A stretch of DNA of 64,000 bases, from the NCBI GenBank assembly GCA_001179505.1, contig CDMY01000295.1:62001-126000 (forward strand), in the 5' to 3' direction. Positions 49,275-60,452 of this stretch are shown piece after piece. Within the stretch, counting starts at the first letter, position 1, and every line of letters begins with the position of its first letter. The notes under the pieces are model-generated. The model searched no databases and was not told the origin of the DNA. It worked only from the letters and a program-made list of their open reading frames with translations. Source of the stretch: Vitrella brassicaformis CCMP3155. Lineage: Eukaryota; Protista; Chromerida. Position numbers and translations under genes: made by a program.

Positions 49275-52200
49275 CTATGCGCTGTGGCCCCAAATCTGGC
49301 GGTAGTACTCGAGCTCGTGGTTGGACTCGAACCCCAAACGGGCAGCGCCCGGCAACTGACACGCAGACGACGGACATAGAGGACACAGACATACACCATA
49401 TGAGTGTGTGTGTGGTCTGCTCGTCCTTGGTGCTGCCTGGCCTGGCTGTGTGTGGTTAACCACCTACCTCATCGAAAAGTGCCGCGTCGTCTGCGCACAC
49501 AGTGGATGTTGCGCAGCTAGTAGAGCACACCTCCAGGCCCCCGGCCTTGTAGCCCCCCTCCCGGGCCAGCCAACAGCGCGTGAAATCTTCTGAGGACACA
49601 ACAGACACAGCCTCTGGCCCGGTGGCGGGGGAGCCTGAGGCGTTGGGCGACGCCCCGGACGACCCCATGCCCACGCCGGCCGCAGAGAGGTGCCTGCTGG
49701 GTGAGGCGGGATGCATGAGTCGTCTGCTGTTGCTGATGGTGCTGCTGGGCGAGTTACCCCCCCTCCCTCCCTCGGTGTCGTTGACGATGCCTGCTGCTGC
49801 TGCGAGGGCTCCTGTGCCTGCTCCTGCAGACAGGGGCGGGAGGGAGGGGGGGCTGATTTTGATACGACTCGCCGCAAAGGGCGACAGGGGCGGCGAGGAC
49901 GGGTACGTCGGGATGCTGAAGGGCGGGGGCCGAAAGGAGGGGCGAAACGAGCCCAGGATCTCGGGAATGTGAATCTGACCTGCACAACAGACAGCACAGC
50001 ACAGCACAGGACAGCGGCGAACATGAGGGCTGACCGAGATTGTGAGGGCGTTGTGGCTTGTTGGTTTGTTTGTGTGGTTCGTTCGTTCGTACCGAATCCG
50101 ACTTTGGCGGCGAGGTCGGCGATTTCATAGCCGACGGCTGTGGGGACGACTGAGTCTTGCTGGTAGAGGGGGTGGGACTTCAAATACTGACGCAGGTAGC
50201 CCGCGGTGGTCATCAACTCACCTGCATGTCCCGACGGACAGACAGACAGACAGAAATGCGGTCAATGAGAAGGTCAGATGGGGTGCCGTGTTGTGTGGCT
50301 CACCGGTGCTTCTCTGTTCGATGAAGGCCATGTACTCGGATAGCCGCTCCAAAGTTGCGGCACTGCACTTGCCCGCCTCATGCTCACGCTGCAGAGAGTG
50401 GACACGCACACACACACGGCGTTGGTTGAGAGAGAGCGAGGGTGAGGGAGGGAGGGAGACTTCATGTGTGTGTTGTGTGTCGCAGCAAGCAGACCTGGAT
50501 GAACTCCTTGCACTTGTTCATGATGCCCGGGAAGCCCAATAACGCCTTGCCTGAACGACATTGACACAGAAGGGGCAAGGCAGACAGACGAGGATTGATG
50601 GTCAGCTCGCTGGTGTGATATACAATGTATTGGTCTGTGTGTGGTGTTCGCGTGCCTACCGAAGAGGATCTCGTTGAGTGTCATTTCCGAGTACTCCCGG
50701 TTGCTGGTGTTGTGGCCGATGTCGTGGCGAAACCAAAACCGCTGACTCAACACCGCATTCCGCTGGCTAGACCTGGACACAGACATACAGACATCACCAC
50801 GTACACACACACACGTGTCAATCCATCCATTCCCCAATACCCCACCCACCCGCCCGCCCCCCTGTCTGCGGCTCACCGGGCCATATTCTCGTCATTCTTT
50901 GACATGGGTATGTAGAGGTCCCATTTCTCGTCAATGATGACCCTTGCCAGCACCGCCACCACGGCGGCCACGGCGGCGTTCTCAAAGTCGGTGAGCTGCG
51001 CCTCGGGGGTGCGGAACTCCACCCGCCACCCGATCTGCGAGGGCGACGTGCCGTCGGGGGAGGGGGGCGGGGGCTTGAACCGCACTGAGTTCCAGTTGGT
51101 CGACTGGATGTTCTCGAAGTGGGCCGTGTTGGTGCGATGATCCATCTCAACCTTGTCTGCAGCGCAACACACGGCCAGAGAGGGGATTCGTTCTGTGTGC
51201 TGTGTGATGTGTGCGGGGTGGTGGATGGTGGGGGTGGGGTGTGGGGGTGTGCGGGTGTGGGGGTGTGGGTGCGCACCAGAGAAGATGACCATTGGGTCTC
51301 TGATGAAGAGGTAGGCGAAGTGTTTGGCGAGGATGGGGTCCAGCCCGCCGGCGACGAACTGCTGGTACGCCGACTCGTTGAGAGCCACGTCGACGTCGTT
51401 GTACTCAGACACACGCTGATACATACACAGTCCACCAAAGAGACAGAGAGAGAGATGCGTGCATTAGCTATCATGTGTGTGGTGGAGCTGGTGATGGTCA
51501 GTCGCATTGATCAAGCCGCCTCCTACCTGTGCGAGCGGCTCTTCGTTGGAGATGTAGAGGGACACGCCAGCGTACCTGTGAGGCCAAAGAGACGACAATG
51601 CGCGAATGCACACACGCCATGCATCACGGCTTTCTTCTGTGCTGCAGTGTGTGCTGCCTTACCGTGATTTGTGAATGGTGTCCATCTCCTCGACTGTGCG
51701 GCAGTCCACCGACATGCATATCGTGTCCCACCGCGTGTCCGTCGCCGCCACCAGCCCTCGCTGAAACGGAGCCGATGCCGTCAACTGCATCATAACCCAC
51801 ACCACACATCCATCCACACACACAAAGAACACACAAGGGAGACAACGAGCTATGACACTTCTGCATTTGTGGAAGTCTGTGTGTGGCCATAGCTCACTCA
51901 CCGCGAGGAACAGCGGTGCGAGTACGGTGAACTGGTCGAAGAGGTAGCGCGCCACGGTGACGTCCGGTGTGCCGAATGTGACTTGCAGGCAGCAGCAGCC
52001 CATGCCGAAGCCCATGGCGTCCATGTAGATGTAGTTGCGCAGCGGGTTGGCCGTCTGCTCACTCAGCTTCTCTATCTCATAACGACTCAACTCGCCACGC
52101 ACACGCGACAGCTGCATGACGGCATCAACCAAAATGAATGAGACATGCATGTGTATGTGTGCAGCGGTCTTGTGTCTTATGTGTTGTGTGGCTTCTTACG

Positions 52201-53279
52201 TCCCACTGCGACCGTTTCTGAGTGTTCTCGTCCTCCTCAAGAGGCACCAAAATCAGAACCTTAGCGCCACGGCGACTGATGGATGGGCAGAAACAGGGCA
52301 CAGCATGGATCCGTGTGTGCGTGTGTCGGTGTCAGCTCAGCTCACTCTCGTATGTTTCTGGTGAGCGTCCCAAATCTCGGGTGGGGCGACATGATCGCAT
52401 CCGGCAGAAAGACGCTATGAGAGCAACCACTGCACACACAACCACACCACACCACACACAGACGTCCACACAACAGCCATCAGCCATCTCCTGATCTCAC
52501 TCACCTGTGTGGGCAGGGCGGTGTCGGCGGTGCCATGAAGTCCTTGACGCCCATGTGTGGGAATGCGGTGAGTGAGACCAGCCGCTGGTTGGCGTTGAGG
52601 AGGGCGGCGATCTTGGACCGCCGCAGGTTCATCGACGGCTCGATCTCCAACACCTCATCCAAACTGCCAAAGTTGTACGGACTACCTGCAGACGCCACAC
52701 GCACACACCAACCAACCAAATGCAGACAGACAGACACGTGTGTGTGGCCACCTGTGTGTAGTGGGGCTAGCTGGTGCGTACCAGGTATGGCCTCGACCAT
52801 GAAGTTGGTGTATTCGGGTCGCCAGTCTGATTTGGACGACTTGTCGTCAGACGACATGCCCTCGCGAACCGTCAACTCGTCGATGATGTCTGATGCACAC
52901 AGAGATGGGACACACACCCATTTGTTATCGAGTGGTCGCCAAGTGCTCCTTGTTGTGTGTGTGCTTACGGTCAGCGTAGTTGGCCACGCGCGCCACTCTC
53001 TGCTGAGAGTCCAACTCAACCAAACTATACTCTGGTGACAGACACACAAGTCAGTCAACACAAGTCAGCCACAGAAGGATGAATGGCCTGCTCCTCCCTC
53101 TCCGTGAGCTCAGGGACGTACGTACCGATTTCCTCTCCCCACATGACGTCAGCGTCCTGTCTGTCCTTATTGAGGTGGTAGAGGTGCAGCAGCTGCCGGA
53201 TGCCCTCACCCTTGACATACGCCAACACCGCCTGAGACGACTCCCAGTCCAGCGGCGTCCCGGCCTCTAGGAATCCCAT
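49275..53279 (-). CDS. GCLC: Glutamate-cysteine ligase catalytic subunit (gamma-GCS, eukaryotic type) with long C-terminal extension
   Basis: MGFLEAGTPLDW...WGEEIEY; WRPEYTNFMVEAIPGSPY; HPRFGTLTRNIRERRG; IYMDAMGFGMGCCCLQVTF; DTRWDTICMSVDCRT; HFENIQSTNWNSVRFKPPP; IGWRVEFRTPEAQLTDFENAA; LMTTAGYLRQYLKSHPLYQQDS. All are hallmark GCLC/GSH1 motifs. Confidence 0.96.
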
Positions 53280-55037
53280 CACTGACGCAGAGCAAGTAGA
53301 AGACGCTCACACAGGCTGTTGAGGGCTATCGACGAGTGGCGCAGATGCCGCGCCGCTTGATATCCGATTCTCGGTTGAGACGAATAAAGCCAAAGAAGGC
53401 GAGATTTTCGTCAGGGGTTCAGCCGTTGACGATGTGCTGTCGTGGTGTGTGGTCTGCCTGGCTTATCTTCATCTTCTTGCCGGACATCATCCTTCACCTC
53501 CTTTCCAGGTTACACGCATCTTGTCCTAAACCCACAGGATCGACGCCGGCAGAAACTCATGCCGAGGCTCAGGCGCAAGAGGGACTGCATTGCAAAGGAC
53601 GTGTGTGCTCGTAATGTGCGTTTTGTTGCGTTATGTTTTGTTTGGGCTTTTTGAGAGCAGCACTGGGTATCAGCAGCAAATTGCAGTGAATTGCAGATGA
53701 ATGGTTTACGCGTAGCACTCACTCACGTCCATAGGCACTGCAATGAGGGTCGTTGCGTGGTGTGCACCTATGTATGTAATCAAGTCCAGGCAGTCGTGCA
53801 TGCCATGCAGCCATACAGACAAGCAGGTGCTCGCGCACTCACATACAGTAGACACTCACATGCAATGCGTGCGTGCGTGCGGGGAAGTCAGCGTCGATGG
53901 ATGACCTGCGCTCTTAAAGAGGAAGAGAATAAACACCGACACCGCCACACACTCACGAGCAGACACACTGACCGACTCACAGAGATCCCCAAGCAGCCAG
54001 GGTCATGCAGCCGCGCACAGACAGACAGACAGACAGGCGTACTCACTCTTGCATACACAGATACATTGGGAGGGCACATATCCCTGAAAGTGTTGGTATG
54101 CATCGCATCTGGCACTCTCTCTAACTCTCTACTTACTTCGGCCAGCCCGGCTACTGCGTGCCCCCATGCAGCATAAGTATGTTATGTTGTGGACAGACAC
54201 CATGCACACGCAAACAGCGATCGATGTGTTTGTGCGGTCATATCCTTGCTGTCGAGAGGCCGGTTTTTGGTCTCACCAACGCCCTCGCGACACCGCCCTG
54301 CCCTATTTGGCGTCGCGTCGCGCTCAGTAAGTAGGCACCCTACACACAAACAGGGCAGACAGCAGACAGCAGACAGGACCGACGAGCACGAGCAGGCAGG
54401 CAGACACAGAGAAGAAATAAAACAACCAAAAAAAGCGACACCGACACACACGCAGGGCAGGGCAGGGCAGGGCAAACACAGCCAGACGAGCAGGCAGGCA
54501 CACAGGCGGACAGACAGACACGCGAAAAGATAAAGACACTGAAAAACCAAAGAAAGCGAGAGCGCCCTGTGCTGTGCTGTGTGTGGCCGGACCTTTGTTG
54601 TCCCAGCCGCCTAACCCTTTCAACCCAGATCAAACCTCCTGGGTACGCACATCTGTATGCACATCGCCCCCCCTCCCTCTCTCTCTCCCTCCCTCTACCA
54701 TGACAGCCATTCTCGTGTTAACGTGGACTCACTCAGCTCAGCTCAGCTCATCACCGTTCGTTGCGTCTGTCTACAGTGCCAACCAGCCAGGCCGGCCGCC
54801 AGCCCCCCCGCTATGCCATCGAGCCTCGTGTCCGTCTGATGAACTCATTCGCACCTACTGTACTGATCCACACATGTGACTAGAAGGAAGAAAACACGGC
54901 TACGAACGACGGACAGACGCACTCAGCCCACACCGACTTGACTTACAGCACCCATCCATCCATCCATCCATCCATCGCAGTCACTAGGCACGCTCGGACG
55001 GATGGACAAGGGAGGGAGGTATGGATCGCTCCATTCC

Positions 55038-56524
55038 TTACAACAGACGCATCAGCATCACGGCCGCCGCCAGGGAAGCGACAAGCGACGCCATGCCCGT
55101 CGCCCTCACTGCCGCTGCCCCGCTGCTCATGCCCCCGAACCCAAAACCCACACCATCACCACCACGACCCGCCGCCTGGCCAGCTGACACTACCAGGGGG
55201 TCTTCCCCTACACACACACACACACACACAGAGGGAGAGAGTGTCCATACGAAGGGGGAGGCATGCACCGACCAGCGTCAGCTGACCTCTTCTGAGGCTT
55301 GATGAGCTCGAGAAGAGCGTCTGCGGGGTGCCCGATCCGAAGTCGGCCAGGCCGACGAGGTCTGATGTGTTGGTGTCTGGGTCATGCTCGCATATGTAGC
55401 GCCGCCTGGTGCCCCGGCACGACTCGACGCCCCACAGGCCCGCTGCCTCGGTCGTTGACTCGTCACGCGGCTGCATCGCACCCACCACACCACCCACACC
55501 CACACACACACACACACAGAGGTGTATTAGGGAGGGAGAGACGGTTGCGCAGTCTGACCCACCTCAAAAACGGCGCAGTAGACGCCCATGTCGGTTTCCT
55601 TGTTGGCCTTTAGTGTGTCTACGTCGTGTGGGCCCCACTGCGTGGCCTCGAGGCTCGTGCCGTCCACTGCCACCCAACCATTCTGGGATGACATGTCCTG
55701 CATTGCATGCACCAAAGGGCACTGACAATCGGCGGAAGCGCGTTGTGCGCGTGCGAGAGACCTTTTGTATTGAGGGCTTTGCAGCGGCTGTCCTGTTGGA
55801 GCCCATGAGGCCGATCCAGTAGCGGTTGCCGAGGGTCCCGCCCATCGGCACCGCACACACGCCGCCATCACCGTCGCAAAACAGAGACAACACCGCCTCA
55901 TTCTCCTCCTGCACACATCCATCCATCCATCCACACACACACCCCCATCCACTGACCTTAGTGCCAACGGTGGCGAGGTGTCCGCCCTCCGCCTCGCAGG
56001 TGTCCTCTGCCTCCTGCCACTCCATTGGCTCGAACCCCAGCCTGTAGCACTTGCTGCCCGAGTTGAAGTACCCCTTGGGGCAGCCCTCGGCGTCGCCAGC
56101 AGCTGATGTGGCGAACCGGCCGGGGCAGGCAGCGGGGCCGGACACCACCTTCGGCAAGGCCGGGTGGGTGTAGGTGCTCACCTGATGGATGCATGGATGG
56201 ATGTGTGGTCATGTAAGAGGTGTCTTCTGGTGCGTACCAGTGCGGCTTTCTTTGAGATGGTGACCAGGTCGCTGGGTTGGAGTTCGGCTTTGGTGGCAGT
56301 GTCGGTGGCGGTGTCCGTGTCATTGCCTGTTTCTGTGGCACCGCTTCTCTTCATCATGTTGCAGGTGGCGTCCTGGAAGCCGTAGAGCTGGCACTCGCCC
56401 ATCTGCGCACACATCTGCTCGCACACCGACTCGCTGTCGGCCGCTATCTCCAGCAACGCCGCGCTCTCCTTCTGCATGACAACCACACCATATCAACATC
56501 AACCGATATACCATGGTGTGTCTG

Positions 56525-56555
<31 letters not shown>

Positions 56556-59223
56556 AGAGGCAGGCAGGCAGGCAGGTTGGCTTACGTCTTTGTGCAAAGC
56601 GCAGAGTGACTGTGTCCAGGTGAAGAGCTCGCACTGGCCATCCTCCTTGCATAGCTCCTGGCACTCTTGGGGGGTCTTGGCGGTGCTCACGGACTTGACG
56701 GGGTCGCCCTGGTACGCAAACCCGGTGTCCACACACGTGCCATCTGCACACACATGCAGAGAGACAGACAGACAGACAGAATGTGCGCAAGGCGGAAGGG
56801 GGAAGGAAAAGGCGGCCACGCCACTACCCCCCACTCACTGCATGATCTCGGTCCGGCGAAGAAGCCCTCCTTGGTAGCGACGTCCTTGACGTCCCACGAC
56901 TTGAGGTAGCACCCGCCCCACTTGGGCGCATACACCACGTGGAAACACGCGGGGTCGTCCGCACACAGGGCCTGGCAGGCCGCCGCGTCCTTGACCTCGG
57001 TGTTCTGCCCTCCCATGCCCGTAGCCTTGATCTCGGTGTCAGCCGACAGACAGGAATAATCTGAGCCCACCCATCCCATCAACACAACACACCTAGGGAC
57101 GGTTGGTGCGTGTGTGGTGTCACCAAACTGACCTTCCTCTTCCTCGGTGTCCTCGGGGGACCAGTTGCAGGCGACCTTAAGGGCGCCCTTCAGGTTCGGC
57201 TCCTCATTCTGATTCACCCAACACACACACACACACACACAAAGAGAGGAGAGAGAGACAGAGACAGGGTGTCGACAAAGCGTCCATCCCGAATTTTTCT
57301 GTACCGTGACGTTGGCGGGCGTTGCGGGCCACTGCTTGAGCGCACAGGTGGCCTGGAGCAGGTCGGAGGCGTTGTAGACATAGCCGCTGCAGAGCTCCTC
57401 TTGCTTGCACTTCTCCATGCAGTCGGCCCGGGAGGCGGAGGGCTGCTCGGTGATCGAGTCGAAGCGGTTGATGTCAAACCCGTCCCCAAGCTCCTCGAAA
57501 CACCAATCAACTGACACCATTCGCCCATCCATCCATCCATCCATCCAGTGCGCTGCGTGCATACCGCAGTATTTCTCGCCCGAGACGGGCGTCATGCCGT
57601 CGCCCCTGTCTTCGACTTTCTCCTCATCGACAGTAGAGGCAAACAGGTGACAGGCCCCGATGACCTCGGGCAGCTGTCTCCTTCGTACGCTGCCGGATTC
57701 GGTGTCCGTGTCCGTGTCGGCGTCAATGGCGTCAATGTCGAGATCGGCGACATCGGTTGTTCCCTCCGCCGTCACTTTGGCCTGTGGGACCCATGAGAAG
57801 TGGTCGCAGTGCTCGCTGGTCTGGCAGAGCTTGTGGCACTCGACCGCCGAGCTCGTCATGGCCGGCTTGTCGCCGCCCTCGCTCTCGCCCTTATACAGCA
57901 CCCCCTGCTTGAAACACGCTGTTTGTGCTGCATCCAGACGCACACACAGCACCGAGAGGGAGGGAAAGGCGTACTGTACTGTGTGTGTCGATGATGTGAT
58001 GCGGGCGGGAGACTGACTGGCATCGGTCAGTCGGCCGACTGACCTTCCTGGTCTTGTTCGGGCGTTTCCCTCTTGTGCATTGTGAATTCGATGTGTCCGT
58101 CTTTGACGTCCTTGCCGTCCACGGTGACGGTGTGGTTATTGAGCTTGTGGTTGACACCCTTGCGCACAAACTGCACACGGTTCAGGCTGATCGTGTAGTC
58201 ACCCACAATCCAACGGCCATCTGACAAACACTCGACACACACACACACAGAAAGTGTTGCCGGCCGTCCTGTCTGTCTGTGCCCGCGTGTGTCGCACCTT
58301 CCCAGGCCTCTGTGAAAGTGTCGAAGTGCTCCGTCCACTTGGGGGTGAATTTCTGCGCCAGCACGTCGTAGCTCTCCACCTTGACATAGTCCACAAAGGC
58401 GCTCGAGGGAAGGCACTTCATGTCGAACTTGCCGAACTCCTCAACGGCATTGGGGCCGGGCGACCACAGGCTAATATATAACTGCATGGGCCGTCTGAGC
58501 GACCGCACCAAGTCGGGGTGCTCCTCGACCGTCAGCTTCCGCACCGTCACGTTGTTGATGGCCCACACCACTCTGTCGGGGGTCCACTCTATTTGGTACC
58601 TCTGGTAGTCGGCGGGCTTGGCTGCGATGGTTTCGTTGACCAGATGGGCCCCCAACACGTTCTCTGGCTCGCGCCCGAGACCTGGCGGCATAGCAGCTGA
58701 ATGGTGAGTGGGTGGGTGGCTTGTGTGGTGACTTGTTGTGGTACCGATGATGAGGCTTGACAGTGCCTCGGGTGTCCCGTAGGCATTGTTGCCCTTGCCG
58801 AGCACGGCGAAATCAATCTCCTGCCTGAATGAACCAACACACACACAGACACAGACACAGACAGACACCGCTTTGCCCAGTGTCCCCTTTTCTCTCTCTC
58901 TTTGTCGCGGGCTCAGCTCAGCTCAGCTCAGCTCAGGTAATTGAGCTGACTGACCAGGGGTGCCTGGGGTGTGTGGAGTTGGGGTAGAAGAGGAAGAACG
59001 ACATTATCTGCCCGCTGCACGCCGGCGCCATCATCCTCACCTCGAAACGCCCGTACGAAAACGCCTCATCGGTGGCGATGGACCCCGCGCCCCACACCTT
59101 CTGGCACGTTCCCAGCGTCGTGTCGAAGAAGTACTCACCTCGCTCGTGCGAATACGGGCACTGTGCGTGGGCTGCCGCCAGAAGGGCGGCCAGCAGGCCG
59201 ACACGATTGGTTGCCACAACCAT
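55038..59223 (-). CDS. Secreted, probably GPI-anchored protein: signal peptide - GH16 (circularly permuted, EIDFA) - 5 PAN/Apple - C-type lectin - GPI signal
   Basis: MVVATNRVGLLAALLAAAHAQ signal peptide. GH16: FSYGRFEVRMMAPACSGQIMSFFLF...W|QEIDFAVLGK...YQIEWTPDRVVWAIN...LYISLWS...VDYVKV. Five C-x3-C-x5-C Apple cores (CHKLCQTSEHC, CMEKCKQEELC, CQALCADDPAC, CQELCKEDGQC, CEQMCAQMGEC). CTLD: CPKGY...KCYR...WQEAEDTCEAEGGHLAT...YWIGL...WGVESC...YICE. Hydrophobic tail SSGAAAVRATGMASLVASLAAAVMLMRLL*. Confidence 0.88.
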
Positions 59224-59408
59224 TAGTCGGTCACTGCGACTGGCGGCGGGAGTGTGCAGCTGCCGGGGTTCCTTAAGGGAGGGAATTGCTCGCCCAGCCC
59301 AGAGCTTCGCCTGTACTATAATTTCCGCCCAACGGCCGGGGGGCTGGTCGGGGGGCCAGGGCCGTCTCACTGTCACCTCGGCCGAATTCTGAGAGCACAC
59401 GGTTTGCA

Positions 59409-60042
59409 ATGTCCGTCAACGTGTTAAAGATAGTGCGTCGTGGCGGTGGCCCCGCCCCGCTGGTCAACAACCCCGGCAAGGGCCACTGCTGGATGCAGGT
59501 GGGCCTCAACGCACTCATCACGGCCGTCTCGGGGCTGGGCATCGTTGCCGCACAGTGGGAGAATGCCAACTGCGGCGAGGAGGCCACGAGGTACCTGATC
59601 ACCATGGGCATCATGGCGCTCTTTTCGGCTGCGTTTTTCATCCTGCTGGGGACGCAGGCGGCGAGCGACACCGAGTGGTCGTGTTATCTGATGGTGATGA
59701 TTGCTATCGGGATTGTGGAGGGGGTGGGCGGGGCCTGGGGCGTGTGGATCTGCTACCGGGTGTACTCGCGGAGACACTTCAAGGGCACTCGCGAACACAA
59801 CTGCTGGACATCGGTGGGGTCTGTCGCACTCTTGAGTGCCGCGCAGCCGTGTGTTTACTGTGTGGTTCTCTCTGGTTCTTGTCTTGTTTGTGTCCCTCCC
59901 TCAGCCCAAGACGCTGTATTATGTGATTCAGACGATGTGCCTGGTCCACATCTTCACGACGGTGTATGCCATCTACATAACGCACATCAGCTTTCTCGTC
60001 GAACTCATCAGACAAATGGGATCGCTCAAGGAAGTACGCTGA
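59409..60042 (+). CDS. Four-TM membrane protein, TMEM272-like pattern; 2 exons
   Basis: Exons 59409-59813 and 59905-60042 are in frame. Four hydrophobic segments with the Cys pattern ...ANC...RYLITMG...GVWIC...NCWTS|PKTLYY. The family assignment is inference. Confidence 0.7.
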
Positions 60043-60452
60043 CTGGACTGACTTCTGACTTCTGACTGCTCGAGAGGGAATCAACTAACGGACAGATGAG
60101 ATGGATGGATGACCGATGCTAAGACAACCACTCGCCGCTCCCCAGAACTCACTGCTCATGCAGAGAGGTAGGTGGGCGTCAATCAAAACTGTCAATGTGT
60201 GTGGGCACTGCACTCAACTCAATCAGAAAAACACGACAATCCAATCCTGGCCCCTTCCTTGCCGCGGTGCAATCGCGTTCACACATGTAATTTACATACA
60301 CCACACCCTGCCCTGGCTCGATAAGCTACCACACGCCCAGACACGGCAAACTCACACACGAAAAAACCACACCCACCCAGACGGTCAGACATGCCTGATG
60401 GATGGATGGATGATGGGCTGACCCTTTAAAGCGACGCTTAGTAGTGCTGATC

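Noticed and set aside
53336-53654. Possible small gene or uORF just upstream of GCLC
   Set aside because: A spliceable plus-strand frame exists but has no start codon or homology I can support.
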